DNA of 64,000 nt from Chiloscyllium plagiosum (GCF_004010195.1 NC_057719.1:90254515-90318514), one strand, 5' to 3'; positions 47,382-59,995 are shown, counted from the stretch's first letter. The notes: a model not told the origin generated them from the letters alone. Numbers and translations: made by a program.

Positions 47382-50300
47382 TATTAGGTGAGATGGAGGA
47401 GTGGAATTTCTGTGGAGGGGTGGAGAAGTTATGTTTGATGGTGGTGAAAATAGCAGAGGATAAACATTTGAATGCAGAGACTGGTGGAGTGGAAAGTGAG
47501 GACAAGGTGAACCCAATCATTGTTCTGGAACAAAGGGGAAAGGGTGAGGGCAGAAGTGCAGGAAATGGATTGGACGTGGCTGAGGGTCTTGTCAACTACA
47601 GTTTTAGATGGGGAGGCAGGGCTGGAGTGGCAGCCTCAATGGAGGAAAAAGGAAGACATGTCGGATGTACCCCCGAAGGTGATGTCATGAAAACAGATGA
47701 GATAGTGACAAGAGAAACTGGGAGTAGGATCGAGTCCTTATAGGAAGCAGGGTACTTGCAAGTGCAGGTGAGGTACCTTTAGGAATCTAAAGGTTTGTTG
47801 TGAACATAGGTGGGCACCCTATCTCCAGAAATGGAAATGCCAAGAAAGGAAAGGAGACTATCAGGTGGACCATGTGAATATGCAAGAAGTTTTGAAATGA
47901 AAAGTAACATTTATTAATTTTTCAATTCCACAAGAGAGAAGGAAGGAGCACAGATGATATCATTAACATATCAGAGAAAGTGATGTGGGAAGGGGCTCAA
48001 ACAGGACAAGATTAAGTAATGTTCCACATACCCCAGGCAAATAGCTTATCTTTTATGAACTGATAATGCAAATTGAGATAAACTAAGTATGATCCAATAG
48101 CTAATGCAGAGACATGGTTGTAGGGCGACTGATTCAGACCCGAATTTTGCAGGGTTTGTAATATTTAGGAAGGACAAGAAATTAAGAAAATGTGGAGGAA
48201 TGTTTCTTTTGCAAGGTTACCACAATAGATAGGATGACCTAAATTCAAGAAATATTCTGTACAATCTTCTGCCCTACCACCCATTTTTACACAATAAGTT
48301 TGATACTATCTTGAACTTCATTAGTTAACTCCCTATTTCCTTTGAGATGGAAGCAGTCGTGGGTTTGGAAGATGCCGCCTAAGGAGCAGTGAATTTCTGC
48401 AGTGAATCTTGTAGATGGTGCTCGCTGCTGCTACTGGGCGTCAGTGGTGGAGGGAGTGGAGTAAATGGAGTAAAAATGCAGAGAATTGTACAATTGGTAT
48501 TTTGGCAGTAAGAATAAAGTAGAAGAACAGTACCTGAATGGAGAGACAGGAGAGCTCGAAGATGCGGAGGGACTGAAGTTTCGTGTATGAGCCACAATAA
48601 GGTTCATATGCGGGTACAGTAAATGATAAGCCAAGTTATAGAATACCATTAATTTAGAAGGGAAATTCGATACAAAAGGAGGGAGCTTATGCTTCAGGGC
48701 ACGGGAGAGACCACATCTGTGATATTGTGTACTGCACTGGTCTCCTTATTTAAGGAGTGATTGAAATATGTTACATAGCTCAGAGAAGATTTAATAGAGT
48801 GAAGGATTCAGATTTAGATTTTATTGTCACATATACTCAAATACAGGATTACGGTACAGTGAAAAATGTACAAAGTTGCCATTCTCTAGCACCATCTTAG
48901 TATAAAAAGATAGGATTAAAAACAGAAGCAAAATTAAACAAAACAGCCAAAAGAACAAATGTCCAGATCACTCTCCCACCTCTGCCATGAGCCCTTGCTG
49001 CCAGAAAACAAAGCCACAAAGTCCATCCTTCAGTCTGTGAACACTCAGGTGCCCCATATCTCTGCACATCACCGTTTGTACCGTCAGGAGTCCAGGCCCA
49101 GTCAGGGCAGTTGGCTTATGAGGGAAGGTTGGACAGACTAAATTCGTATCCATTGGAGTTCAAAAAAGTAAGACGTGCCTTGATTGAAACATTCAAAATC
49201 CTCGGAGGACCTTGCAGAGTGGAGTAGGCAAGATTTTCGATTTGTGGTTAGAATCAGATCAGTCATGATCACATTCAGTGGTGAAGCTGGGTCAAAAGAC
49301 AGAGTGGCCTACTCCAATTCCTAATTGGTACATCAATGTGTGACATCTCATTAATGCTGCCATGCCTGTATGGTATTAGATTAGATTAGATTACTTACAG
49401 TATTCTTGCTTAACGGCTAGGCAAAACCTACAGATCTGTTCTCCACTTAAGAGTCTCATACAGATCAACTAGCCAGAAATCCACTTTCTCCTGTAGCTAT
49501 TTTCCTGCATTTCACAAATAATGGAGTCAAGACTGGAAATCCCTAGTCTCCAGAAAGCCAAAGACTAATAATTGATGAAATGTCAATGGCCATCAGTATC
49601 TGATCTCCTGTTATTAAGTTCCTGATCAACTTTTAAAACTGACTTTTATTTAGACTTCTGCAGGGCAATCAGTCTGTCAGATTGCTGCTCAAATCGTCAA
49701 CAGCACAGACTGAGACTATCAAGCAAAATCATTAGGCCTTGGTGCACACAAATCAACACAAAGACTTAAATTTAACTTGCAAACATATATTGCCCCACAG
49801 ATGTGTGGGCAGCTTCCTCTGACTTCAGGAGAATTTGTACTCTCAGAATCAAATTGAATACTTTATAGAGTTACCATACTTTATTTAGAATGTGTTTTGT
49901 TACAGATCTATTTTAGCAATTGTTTATAACAGCAAGTTGTTTGGCTACGTCAGGAGAATGAAATTTATAGCTCAATACTGCTGAAGGTAATTCGTCTCGT
50001 TATTTCCTGCTTTAAGGTCACATATCCTTCCAGAATTAAGATATTTATAAAATACGAACAGAAGAGTGACAGAACTAATTTCTTTGAGGAATGGACTTTG
50101 GTTATCTTGCTTTCAATGAAGAGCATGAAACCAATCAGTTGTCTCTCCTATGTCAGCACTTCATTAGCTGCCTGGTAAATCTTTATCAAATGCTACCCCC
50201 TGTCCAAGACCTGATCTCATCTGTTTGCACTTTTTTGCCTTAACATTCTTTACAATTTCCACCAGTTCATCTTGTTCATAAGGCCCACTTCCTCCTCACT

Positions 50301-50789
50301 TAATCCAAATCCCAATAAACTACTGAACATGCAACTTCCCATCCTGGTTCCTATATCAGGTTGCTGATACTGTTCAGAACTTGACTCCCACCCCCACATC
50401 TGCCAGTACTACCAGCTTTATAAATGTACTAGCTACTGACAAGCTCCTTTTTCCTTCAACATTGTTCAACATGTTGTCATTTCTCAGATCAGTTCCCACC
50501 TTTCCCCGAACTCCATATTTGAAACTTTTCAATCACATTTAAACTTCTGTGACTTTGGGGCCCATGAGAAACTGCTGCCTGTGCCACAACAAATTCTGCT
50601 CCTCTTTCACCTTTCTTTCATTGATACCTGGTCAAGCAATGTTTTGATTTTAAGATTCTCTTCCTCAGCTCACAAGGTGGGCAACCATCATCTCAAACAA
50701 ATGGCCAAACCCTTTGCCATCAATATCCTGGGGCTTATCATTAAACACAAGCTAAATTAGCCATATAAATACTTTGATTACAACAGCAA

Positions 50790-51138
50790 GTGGCATGGTG
50801 GCTCAGTGGTTAGCACTGCTGCCTCATAGCACCAGGTACTGGGACAATTTCATCCTCGAGTGCCTGCCAGTTTGGAGTTTGCACATTCTCCCTGTGTCTG
50901 CGTGATTTCCTCTGGGTGCTCTGGTTTCGTCCCATAGTCAAAAGGTGTGCACGTCGTGGGTTTGGTCATGCTAAATTTCCCATAGTGTCCAGGGATGTGT
51001 AAGCTAGGTGGATTAGCCATGGGAAATGCAGAGCTACAGGGACAGTGTGGGTAGATGCGCCTGGGTGGGATCCTTTCCAGAGCGTTGGTGTGGGCTTGAT
51101 GAGCCGAATTGCCTGCTTCGACAATGTAGCAATTCTAT
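50790..51138 (+). mobile_element. HE1-type SINE nested in a family 2 LINE fragment (~50700-51700)
   Basis: ggcatggtggctcagtggttagcactgctgcctca head. Confidence 0.85.
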
Positions 51139-51884
51139 GATACTAAGCAGGTCAGAGACTGGGAATTCTGTAATGGGTAGCTCAACATCAATTCCTCAAT
51201 GACCAATGTCCACAAGGCACAAGTCATGCTAGAATGTGGAATATATTGCAATACTCTCCACTTGTCTGAATGAGCACAGCTCCAAAAACAAGAGGAATTA
51301 ACATAATCTAGGTCAAACCAGCCTGCTTGATCAGCACCACATTCACCAGCTGATACTGTCACTTCAGTCAGTGGAAGCAGTGTGCACCATATACAATATG
51401 CAGTGCAGAACCTGACTAACTCTTTCAACAGCATCGATCCAACTCAATATCTACCACGCAAAATAACAAGGGCAAACAACAAATAATTCCTTCTCACACA
51501 GCATCATACTTTGAAACCGTAACCATTATGTTCTCATTGTCACTGGATTAAAATCTTGGAACTCCCCTCTCCAATACATGTCTGTCACATGGGCCATGAC
51601 AGTTCAAAGTGGCAGCTCATCAACAACTTCAAGGTTAATCAGAAATGGATAACAAATGCAGTTTTTGCTCTTGGTACTTTCAGCCCATGAAAGATGATCT
51701 TCAATCAGTATTGATTAAATAAGTTAGATTTATTGTCCCATTGATGTTGGCAGGATTGTGCTTTACAAATAGCCTGCAACATTTCCTATGGTACCACAGT
51801 AACTACACTTCTAAAATACTCCCGGCTGCAGTGTATTTTTGGAGGTTCTGGGGTCAAGAAAGATAGGATTTAATAAAGAGTTTT

Positions 51885-52290
51885 AGAATTTTGAGAAGAT
51901 TTGTAGCTCAGGTTGAGGCTCTGGATCTAAGTTTGCTCAAAGCTGGAAAACTTGTTTTCAGACATTTTGTCATTGTACTAGGTAATATCATCAGTGAGCC
52001 TCCGGCACTGGTGTTATGACACGCTTTAGATTAGATTAGATTAGATTACTTACAGTGTGGAAACAGGCCCTTCGGCCCAACAAGTCCACACCGACCCGCC
52101 GAAGCTCAACCCACCCATACCCCTACATTTACCCCTTACCTAACACTACGGGCAATTTAGTGTGGCCAATTCACCTGACTTTCTATGTGTGTGTTTAGGG
52201 TTACTTGGATTGGTAGTGTCATTTCCTGTGGTGATGTCATTTCCTGTTCTTTTTCTCAAAAGGTGGGACCCAAATCCATTTGTTTGTTAT
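51885..52290 (-). mobile_element. Penelope family B-related terminus with a nested 5'-truncated HE1 SINE (52026-52179)
   Basis: gagaagatttgtagctc end as at 12722; inverted homolog of 33690-33931. SINE tail (ttaga)n. Confidence 0.8.
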
Positions 52291-52291
52291 T

Positions 52292-54280
52292 GAGTCAGAG
52301 ATGTACAGCACGGAAACAGACCCTTCGGTCCAACTCGTCGATGCCGACCAAATATCCCAACCTAATCTAGTCCCACTTGCCAGCACCCAACCCATATCCC
52401 TCCAAACCCTTCCTATCCATATACCCTCCAAATACCTCTTAAATGTTGCACCTGGACTAGCCTCCACCACTTCCTCTGGCAGCTCATTCCATACACGTAC
52501 CACCCTCTGCGTGAAAAAATTGCTCCATCGATCTCTTTTATATCTTTCCCCTCTCACCCGAAACCTACGCCCTCTATTTCTGGATTCCCCCTCCATAGGG
52601 AAAAGACTTGGTCTATTTAGCCTTTCCATGCCCCTCATGATTTTATAAAGCTCTATAAGGTCACACCTCAGCCTTCGACGCCAGGAAAAACAGTCATAGC
52701 CTATTCAACCTTTCCCTGTAGCTCAAATCCTCCAACCCTGGCAACATCCTTGTCAATTTTTTCTGAACCCTTTCAAGTTTCACAACATCTTTCAGATAGG
52801 CAGGAGACCAGAATTGCACGCAAAAATCCAAACGTGGCCTAACCAATGTTCTGTACAGCCGCAACATGACCTCCCAACTCCTGTACTCAATACTCTGACC
52901 AATAAAGGAAAGCATACTAAACACCTTCTTCACTATCCTATCAACCTGTGACTCCACTTTCAAGGAGCTATGAACCTGCATTCTAAGGTCTCTTTGTTCA
53001 GCAACATTCCCGAGGAGCTTACCATTAAGTGTATAAGTCCTGCTAAGATTTGCTTTCCCAAAATGCAGCATCTCATTTATCTGAATTAAACTCCATCTGC
53101 CACTTCTCAGCCCATTGCCCCATTTGATCGCAATCCCATTGTAATCTCAGGTAACCTTTTTCACTCTCCACTACACCTCCAATTTTGGTGTCATCTGCAA
53201 ACTTACTAACTATACCTCTTACGCTCACATTCAAATCATTTATATAAATGATGAAACGTAATGGACCCAGCACCGATCCTCATTACACTCCACTGGTCAC
53301 AGGCCTCCAGTCAGAAAAACAACCTTCCACCACCACCCTGTCTTCTACCTTTGAGCCAGTTCTGTATCCAAATGGCTGTATTCCATGAGATCTAACCTTG
53401 CTAACCTGTCTCCTATGGGGAGTGTTGTTGAATGCCTAACTGAAGTCCATGTAGATCACGTCCACCGCTCTGCCTTCATCAATCCTCTTTGTTACTTCAT
53501 CAAAAACTCAATCAGGTCTGCGGGGCATGATTTCCCACGCACAAAGCCACAATGACTATCCCTAATCAGTCCTTGCTTTTCCAAATGCGTGTACATCCTG
53601 TTTCAGGACTCCCTCCCACAGCTTGCCCACCACCGACATCAGGCTCACTGGTCTATAATTCCCTGGCTTGTCCTTACCACCTTTCTTAAACAGTGACACC
53701 ACGTGAGCCAACCTCCAGTTTCCTGGCACCTCACCTGTGACTATCAATGATACAAATGTCTCAGGAAGGGGCCCAGCAAACACTTCCCCAGCTTGCCATA
53801 GAGTTCTCGGGTACACCTGATCAGGTCCTGGGGATTTATCCACTTTTATATGTTTCAAGACATCCAGCACTTCCTCTTCTGTAATACAGACATTTTTCAA
53901 GATGTCACCATCTATTTCTCTACATTTTATTTTTTCCATGTCCTTTTCCACAGTAAACACTGATGCAAAATACTCGTTTAGTCTCTTCCCCTTTTCCTGC
54001 GGCTCAACATAAAGGCCACCTTGCTGATCCTTTAAGGGGTCTAATTCTTTCCCTAGTTATCCTTTTGTCCTTAATGTATTTGTAAAAACCCTTCAGATAC
54101 TCCTTACTTCTATTTGCCAAAGCTATTTCATGCCCCCTTTTTGCCTTCCTGATTTCCTTCTTAAGTATGCTCCTACTTCCTTTATACTCTTCTAAGGATT
54201 CACTTAATCTATCTTGTCTGACATACCTGACATATGCTTCCTTCTTTTTCTTAATCAAACACTCAATTTCTTTAGTCATC
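52292..54280 (-). mobile_element. CR1/HER1-type LINE ORF2 3' two-thirds
   Basis: ORFs 54004..54279, 53562..53960, 53073..53273 (KFADDTK), 52694..53071 and 52237..52638. Confidence 0.93.
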
Positions 54281-54885
54281 TAGCATATCTTCCTGATCTG
54301 TATGTAAAGATACTCGTGACACTGGGTCATGTATTTTTGTGGCTAGTTGATGTTCATGTATCCTGGTGGTTAGTTTTCTGCCTGTATGTCCAATGTAGTG
54401 TTTGTTACAGTTATTGCAAGGTATTTTGTAAATGACGCTTGTTTTGTTTGTTGTCTGTATTGGGTCTTTCAAGTTCACGAGCTGCTGTTTTAGTGTGTTG
54501 GTGGGTTTGTGGGCTACCTTGATGCCAAGAGGTCTGAGTAGTTTGGCAGTCATTTCAGAGATGTCTTTGACGTAGGGGAGAGTGGCTAGGGCTTCTGGAT
54601 GCGTTTTGTCTGCTGGTTTGGGTTTGTTGCTGAGAAATCAGTGGATTGTGCTCATTAGGTACCCATTTTTTTTGAATACACGGTATAGATGATTTTCCTC
54701 TGCTCTTTGTAGTTCCTACTAAATGGTGGAATAATAGGAAATGACACCACCAACCCAAGGACACCTAAACACAGAAATAGAAAGTGGGTCAGAACACCAG
54801 TGCATCACCAGAGGCTCACTGATAATGGTGACGAAACATCTGAAAACAAACATTCCAGTTCAGCAAGTAAACGTACATCCAAAAA
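54281..54885 (-). mobile_element. Penelope-like element: GIY-YIG fragment with an inverted terminal repeat
   Basis: SVIYKIPCNNCNKHYIGHTGRKLTTRIHEH is the GIY-YIG signature. The plus-strand terminal repeat at 54735-54881 is homologous to 33775-33931. Confidence 0.9.
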
Positions 54886-54953
54886 AAGAGTTCGCTCCAT
54901 AACTCATATTAGATGAAGTATTTACCTGCAGAATCCTGATGCATGGTTCATCT

Positions 54954-55643
54954 ACATAGAACATAGAAGAATACAGCGCAGTACAGGTCCTTTGGCCCTC
55001 GATGTTGCGCCGATCCAAGCCCACCTAACCTACACTAGCCCACTATCCTCCATATGCCTATCCAGTGCCCATTTAAATGCTCATAAAGCAGTCCACCACT
55101 GCTACTGGCAGTGCATTCCATGAACTCACGACTCGCTGAGTAAAGAACCTACCCCTAACATCTGTCCTATACCTACCCCCGCTTAATTTAAAGCTATGCC
55201 CCCTTGTAATAGCTGACTCCATACNNNNNNNNNNNNNNNNNNNNNNNNNNNNNNNNNNNNNNNNNNNNNNNNNNNNNNNNNNNNNNNNNNNNNNNNNNNN
55301 NNNNNNNNNNNNNNNNNNNNNNNNNNNNNNNNNNNNNNNNNNNNNNNNNNNNNNNNNNNNNNNNNNNNNNNNNNNNNNNNNNNNNNNNNNNNNNNNNNNN
55401 NNNNNNNNNNNNNNNNNNNNNNNNNNNNNNNNNNNNNNNNNNNNNNNNNNNNNNNNNNNNNNNNNNNNNNNNNNAGTATCCGACCATTAGCCCCGTACCC
55501 CATCTTTTTGTTACTCTTACCAAAGTGAATCACCTCACACTTAGCTACATTGAACTCCATTTGCCACCTTTCTGCCCAGTTCTGCAGCTTATCTATATCC
55601 CGCTGTAACCTGCCACATCCTTCCTCACTGTCAACAACTCCTC
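54954..55643 (-). mobile_element. Young CR1 3' end spanning the assembly gap 55225-55474
   Basis: MEFNVAKCEVIHFG and a (catagaa)n tail at 54955. Confidence 0.88.
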
Positions 55644-55756
55644 CTAGTTGTTAATCAGTTGGCTGCCCTAAATGTACCAGTTTAAGATACTTTTCAAGTA
55701 AATAGATCAATGTTACATGGTCTGTAGTACTCAACAGATGAAGACCACAGATGTGG

Positions 55757-56030
55757 GCAAGTGGTGACGTAGCAGCAAAGTCATTACATTGTAATCGAGA
55801 GTCCCCAGGTAAATCCCATCATGGCAGCTGGTTTAGCAATGGCAAGATCTGCATGAAATGGTGACCATACATGTAATGTTAATTAGTTATGATGACCATA
55901 AAACACAGATTGTTGTCAAAACTCACCTGTCAATCTGTTGCCCTTTACAGAGTGAAATCTGCTGTCCTTTCCTGGTCTGGCCTACACGTGACCCATGACA
56001 ATGTGACTGACTCTTAATTACCCTCTTGAA
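55757..56030 (+). mobile_element. Second SINE family, diverged
   Basis: gatgaccataaaac...aaatctgctgtcctttcctggtctggcctacacgtgac, homologous to the reverse complement of 9070-9385. Confidence 0.55.
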
Positions 56031-57195
56031 GTGAGTCACATTCTTGGGATTCTGAAGAGAATCCCAAGAAAATCACTAAGTTCAAGGAGAGCAATAGACT
56101 TTGTTTATTTGGATTTTAGTAAAGTCTTTGACAAGGTTCTATTTGGTAAACTAATTAGTAAAAGTTACATTACATGGGATTCAGAGTGAACTTGCCAACT
56201 GGATACATAATTGGCTTAACAGCAGGAGACAGAGAATAATGTTGGAGGGTTGCTTTTTGGACTGGAAGCCTATGACCAGAGGTGTTTCACAGAGACCAGT
56301 TCCGGGTCCTCTTTGTCATTTATATAAATGATTTGGATGAGAATATAGAAGGCGAGGTTAGTAAGCTTGCAGACGACACCAAAGTTGGTGGCATAGTAGA
56401 CAGTAAAGAAGGTTTTCTAAGATTACACAGGGATGTTGATCAAATGTATTAATGGGCTGAAAAATAGCAGTTGGAATTCAATCTACATTAATCGAGGTAT
56501 TGCATTTTGGAATCACAAACAAAGGTAGGGCTTATACAATTAATGGCAGCACCTTGGGTAGTGTTGTAGAACACAGGGACTGGGGTAGAAGTACATAATT
56601 CTTTAAAGTTTGCATCAAATACAGACAGGGTGGTTAAAAGCACACTTGCCTTCATTGCTCAGTTCTATGAGTGTAGGAGTTGAGAAGTCATGTTGTACAG
56701 GACATTGGTGAGTCCTCTTCTGGAATACTGCATTCAGTTCTGGTCACCCAATTATAGGAAGGGCATTATCAAGCTGGAGATGGTTCAGAAGAAACTTACT
56801 AGGATGTCGCCGGGTATGGAAGGTTTTTATAAAAACAGGCTGGATAAACTGGGACTTTTTTCACTGGAGCGCAGGAAGTTGATTGGAGCTTATAAAATAA
56901 TGAGAGGTATAGATAGAGTTAATGGTAGTTGTCTTTTCCCTAGGATGGGGGATTCAAGACGAGGGAGCTTATTTTTAAAGTGAGAGGAGAAAGATTTTAA
57001 AAAGATATTAGGCAACTGTTTTACATAGAGAATGGTTCGCGTGTAGAATAAACTTCCTGAGGAAGTGATAGATGCTGGTGCAATTATAACGTTTAAAAGA
57101 GATTTAGATAGATACATTATTAGGAAAGGGATGAAGAATATGGGTCAGGAGCAGGCAGGTGGGACTAGTTTAGCCTTGGGGTTATGTTCAGCATG

Positions 57196-57481
57196 CAGAA
57201 AGTGAGGACTGCAGATGCTGGAGATCAGAGCTTAAAAATGTGTTGCTGGAAAAGTGCAGCTGGTCAGACAGCATCAACGAAACAGGAGAATCGACGTTTC
57301 GGGCATAAGCCTGAAAGAAGCCTGAAAGCCCTTCCTGAAGAAGGGCTTATGCCTGAAACGTCAGTTCTCCTGTTCCTTTGATGCTGCCATTCCTGAAGAA
57401 GGGCTTATGCCCGAAACGTCAATTCTCCTGTTCCTTTGTTGCTGCCTGACCTGCTGCGCTTTTCCAGCAACACATTTTTAA
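57196..57481. mobile_element. Penelope-derived palindrome, family A, with tandem hammerhead motifs
   Basis: Exact 15-bp TSD gttatgttcagcatg at 57181-57195 and 57482-57496; inverted arms. Confidence 0.87.
57390..57425 (+). ncRNA. Minimal hammerhead ribozyme motif (family A); a second copy is at ~57332-57365
   Basis: CUGAAGA at 57393-57399, stem II GGGC-UUAU-GCCC, GAAA at 57413-57416, then CGUC. Confidence 0.68.
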
Positions 57482-58072
57482 GTTATGTTCAGCATGGACT
57501 GGTTGGACCCAAGGGGTCTGTTTCTGTACTGTACGACTCTATGACAACTAATGATAGGCAGCAAAAGCTGAACTTGCCAGTGACACTAGCATGAACAAAT
57601 AAAAAATTCAGAATACCTGACAGAGTACATATGCTCAAGGAAGTAATAAAACACCAAAAAGGAAGTAATGGTTGGTTTTAAACCTCAGCTGGTATCCACA
57701 TAAAAGGGCACCTTTATGTTTTGATAATCTTTCATGAAGTTCAACCTAAAACCACCACATGAAAGAAACACATCCAATTCTTCCACGATGCACAACAAAT
57801 TGGTTTTAAGCACTTGTGAAACAAGTAAAATACACAATCTTAACAGTTCATTTTTCTCCAGGTTAGCGTCCGTAGCTCTAAACCAAAATATAATGTAATT
57901 CTACAATGGCTATTAGAGTAAATTATGATTGTACGCATTTTGAATTCTTTGAAAAAGAAACTGCCTTAAGGTTTTAAAGAGTGTAAGATGAAAGATCATT
58001 GACAATTACTTCTCAAAATGACAAACCAATCCCAAGCTGCAAGAATGAGGAGTAAACAGATAATGAACTGAC

Positions 58073-58147
58073 CTTCGTTTTCTCATCCACCACTCGTAGT
58101 CCATCTGCTGACACCCACAACACAGCTTTAACTGGCTTCTTTCCAGT
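58073..58147 (-). CDS. NUMB: NUMB PTB-domain exon (TGKKPVKAVLWVSADGLRVVDEKTK), 75 nt
   Basis: Borders are tttaag| and |gtcagt. Translation is nearly identical to vertebrate NUMB. Confidence 0.97.
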
Positions 58148-58736
58148 CTTAAAAATGGAAAAAATGCAAACATTTAGTTTAACAGCTAAATGAACTCATC
58201 TATCCAAAGGGGGTTAAAAAAAAAATCAGTAGAGACATAAGCACAAATAGCAGTGATAGAGACTCATCGCCAAATAGCCCAGCACACACAATTTGTTTTA
58301 TAGAGTAGCTGAGCACCAGAGCTTCAAGGCACTGAGGGAAGAAAAGGAAACCCATGCCATTAAACACACAAAGCACTGATCTCACTCCCTGTTATTAAAC
58401 CAGAATAAAAAATAAACTGGAAGATTGGCTAAACTGTCTCTTAAGGAGTTACACCACTAGTTGGCTGGCAGTTTTTCTGCAACTGGAGAAACAATGTAAT
58501 TTTAAATCCACACTGCACACAAACGTGGGTTAATTTAGCTTTTAAAGTTGATTCTATAATTTAAAAGCATTTACAAAGTTTTGTTCAGATACATTAAAAT
58601 GGTACACCACTGACCATCTGATGGTAGGTCAGACAAAAGACTTCTTGCTTTTTCTGACTGTCGCAATTTGGGAGATTCAATTTCGATAACATCCACTCAA
58701 GTCCGAACATTCTGCCTTATACAGGCAAGTATTTCC

Positions 58737-59714
58737 TGTAGGGATTGGAATGAGGTCAGCCAGGTGGATCTCATAGAATGAGGTCCCTGATTGAGGCTAT
58801 TAACCTGGTCCAATCAGGGTCTCGTGGCTAACAAATATAAACAGGGGTTTAATAAGCACTACCACACTTAGGTGGTAGTGTGGGGGAAAGAAAAAAAAAG
58901 GGAAAAAAAATAAACAGAAAAAAAAAGAAGAAAAAAAAAGAAAAAACAAAAAAAACAGGGGTTCTACCATGGGTGCTGGGGAAAAAATAAAAAAAAGAGA
59001 AAAAAAGATAAACAGGGGTTCTAAGATTTGTGCACCTTGTGTCTCTCACTGTGTCTCACACCTACACACACACACACCATGGGTGCTGGGGAAAAATAAG
59101 CACTACCGCAGTTAGGCTGTAGTGTGGGGGTTAAAGAAAAAGAAATATAAAAAAAATATAACCAGAGGATTTGATGTGAAGGGCACTGCTTGTCACTGGC
59201 CACTCGGGTGTTTTCCTATCTTCCTTGTGGTGGAAATTGAATAAAGATTCGTGCACTTTGTGTCTCACACCTGCACACACACACCATGGGTGCCAGGGAA
59301 AAAATAAGCACTACTGCAGTTAGGCGGTAGTGTGGGGGTTATAAGAAAAAAAAAATAAACAGAGGTTCTCTCACTGTGTCTCACACCTACACACACACAC
59401 AATGGGTGCTGGGGGAAAATAAGCACTACCACAGTTAAGGGAAAAAAAAGAAAAAAAGAAAAAAAAGAAAAAAGAAAGAAAAAAAAACAGGGGTTCTTAC
59501 ACCTTATGTCTTTCACTGTGTCTCACATCTGCACACACACAACATGGGCTGGGGAAAATATACGCACTACTGCAGTTAGGCGGTAGTGTGGGGGTAATTT
59601 TTTCTTTTAAAAATCAGAGGTTCTGTTCACTCTCTAGGTCAGTGGCATGTACCATGCATGTGTAAATAAAGGGTGACCTGGTGATGGGGCACCAACCTTC
59701 ATGGAGTTATTTCA
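58737..59714 (+). mobile_element. LTR-like element interrupted by the tandem array
   Basis: TG...CA ends (tgtagggat...gttatttca), CCAAT at 58810, TATAAA at 58836, AATAAA at ~59665, followed by a PBS-like gTGGC. Confidence 0.5.
58851..59612 (+). repeat. Array of six 5'-truncated, A-tailed retroelement 3' ends separated by AAACAG(G/A)GGTT direct repeats
   Basis: Units at ~58851, 58966, 59023, 59172, 59368 and 59498 share the core ccatgggtgctggggaaaaataagcactaccgcagttaggcggtagtgtggggg to varying extents. Confidence 0.85.
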
Positions 59715-59797
59715 GTGGCAACAAAAGTTGGATGCGACAGATAGATTTTGCAATCTTGATGCAGTTACCTCCTGAAGAAAACATATTTATTCCAATT

Positions 59798-59995
59798 TGG
59801 AGATGCTGGAGTTGGACTGGGGTGTACAAAGTTAAAAATCACAACACCAGATTATAGTCCAACAGGTTTAATTGGAAGCACACTAGCTTTCGGAGCGACG
59901 CTCCTTCATCGGGTAGTTGTGGAGTACACAATTGTAAGACACAGAATTTATAGCAAAGGTTTACAGTGTGATGTAACTGAAATTATACATTGAAT
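59798..59995 (-). mobile_element. Penelope family C terminal fragment with a hammerhead motif
   Basis: Homologous to 18500-18690. Minus strand reads CcGAUGA-A-GGAGC-GUC-GCUCC-GAAAG-CUA-GUG at ~59882-59914. Confidence 0.78.

Larger units (their letters stand above)
44835..48040 (-). mobile_element. Decayed Penelope-like element split by a CR1 (45267-47020) and a MITE
   Basis: Terminal arm at 44835-44935, CKRCNT motif near 47220-47245, and a degenerate RT catalytic motif L*YVNDII near 47950-47975. Confidence 0.65.
56085..57545 (+). mobile_element. CR1-type LINE (RT to 3'UTR)
   Basis: DFSKVFDKV, KLADDTK and LEYCIQFWSP motifs. Confidence 0.9.

Noticed and set aside
55183..55560. Long ORFs containing X runs
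   Set aside because: Artefact of the N gap at 55225-55474; the same applies at 13074-13119.
58851..59612. CRISPR-like array (short repeats with variable spacers)
   Set aside because: The spacers are nested pieces of one sequence with A tails, the repeats are ~13 bp and degenerate, there are no cas genes, and the context is a eukaryotic intron.
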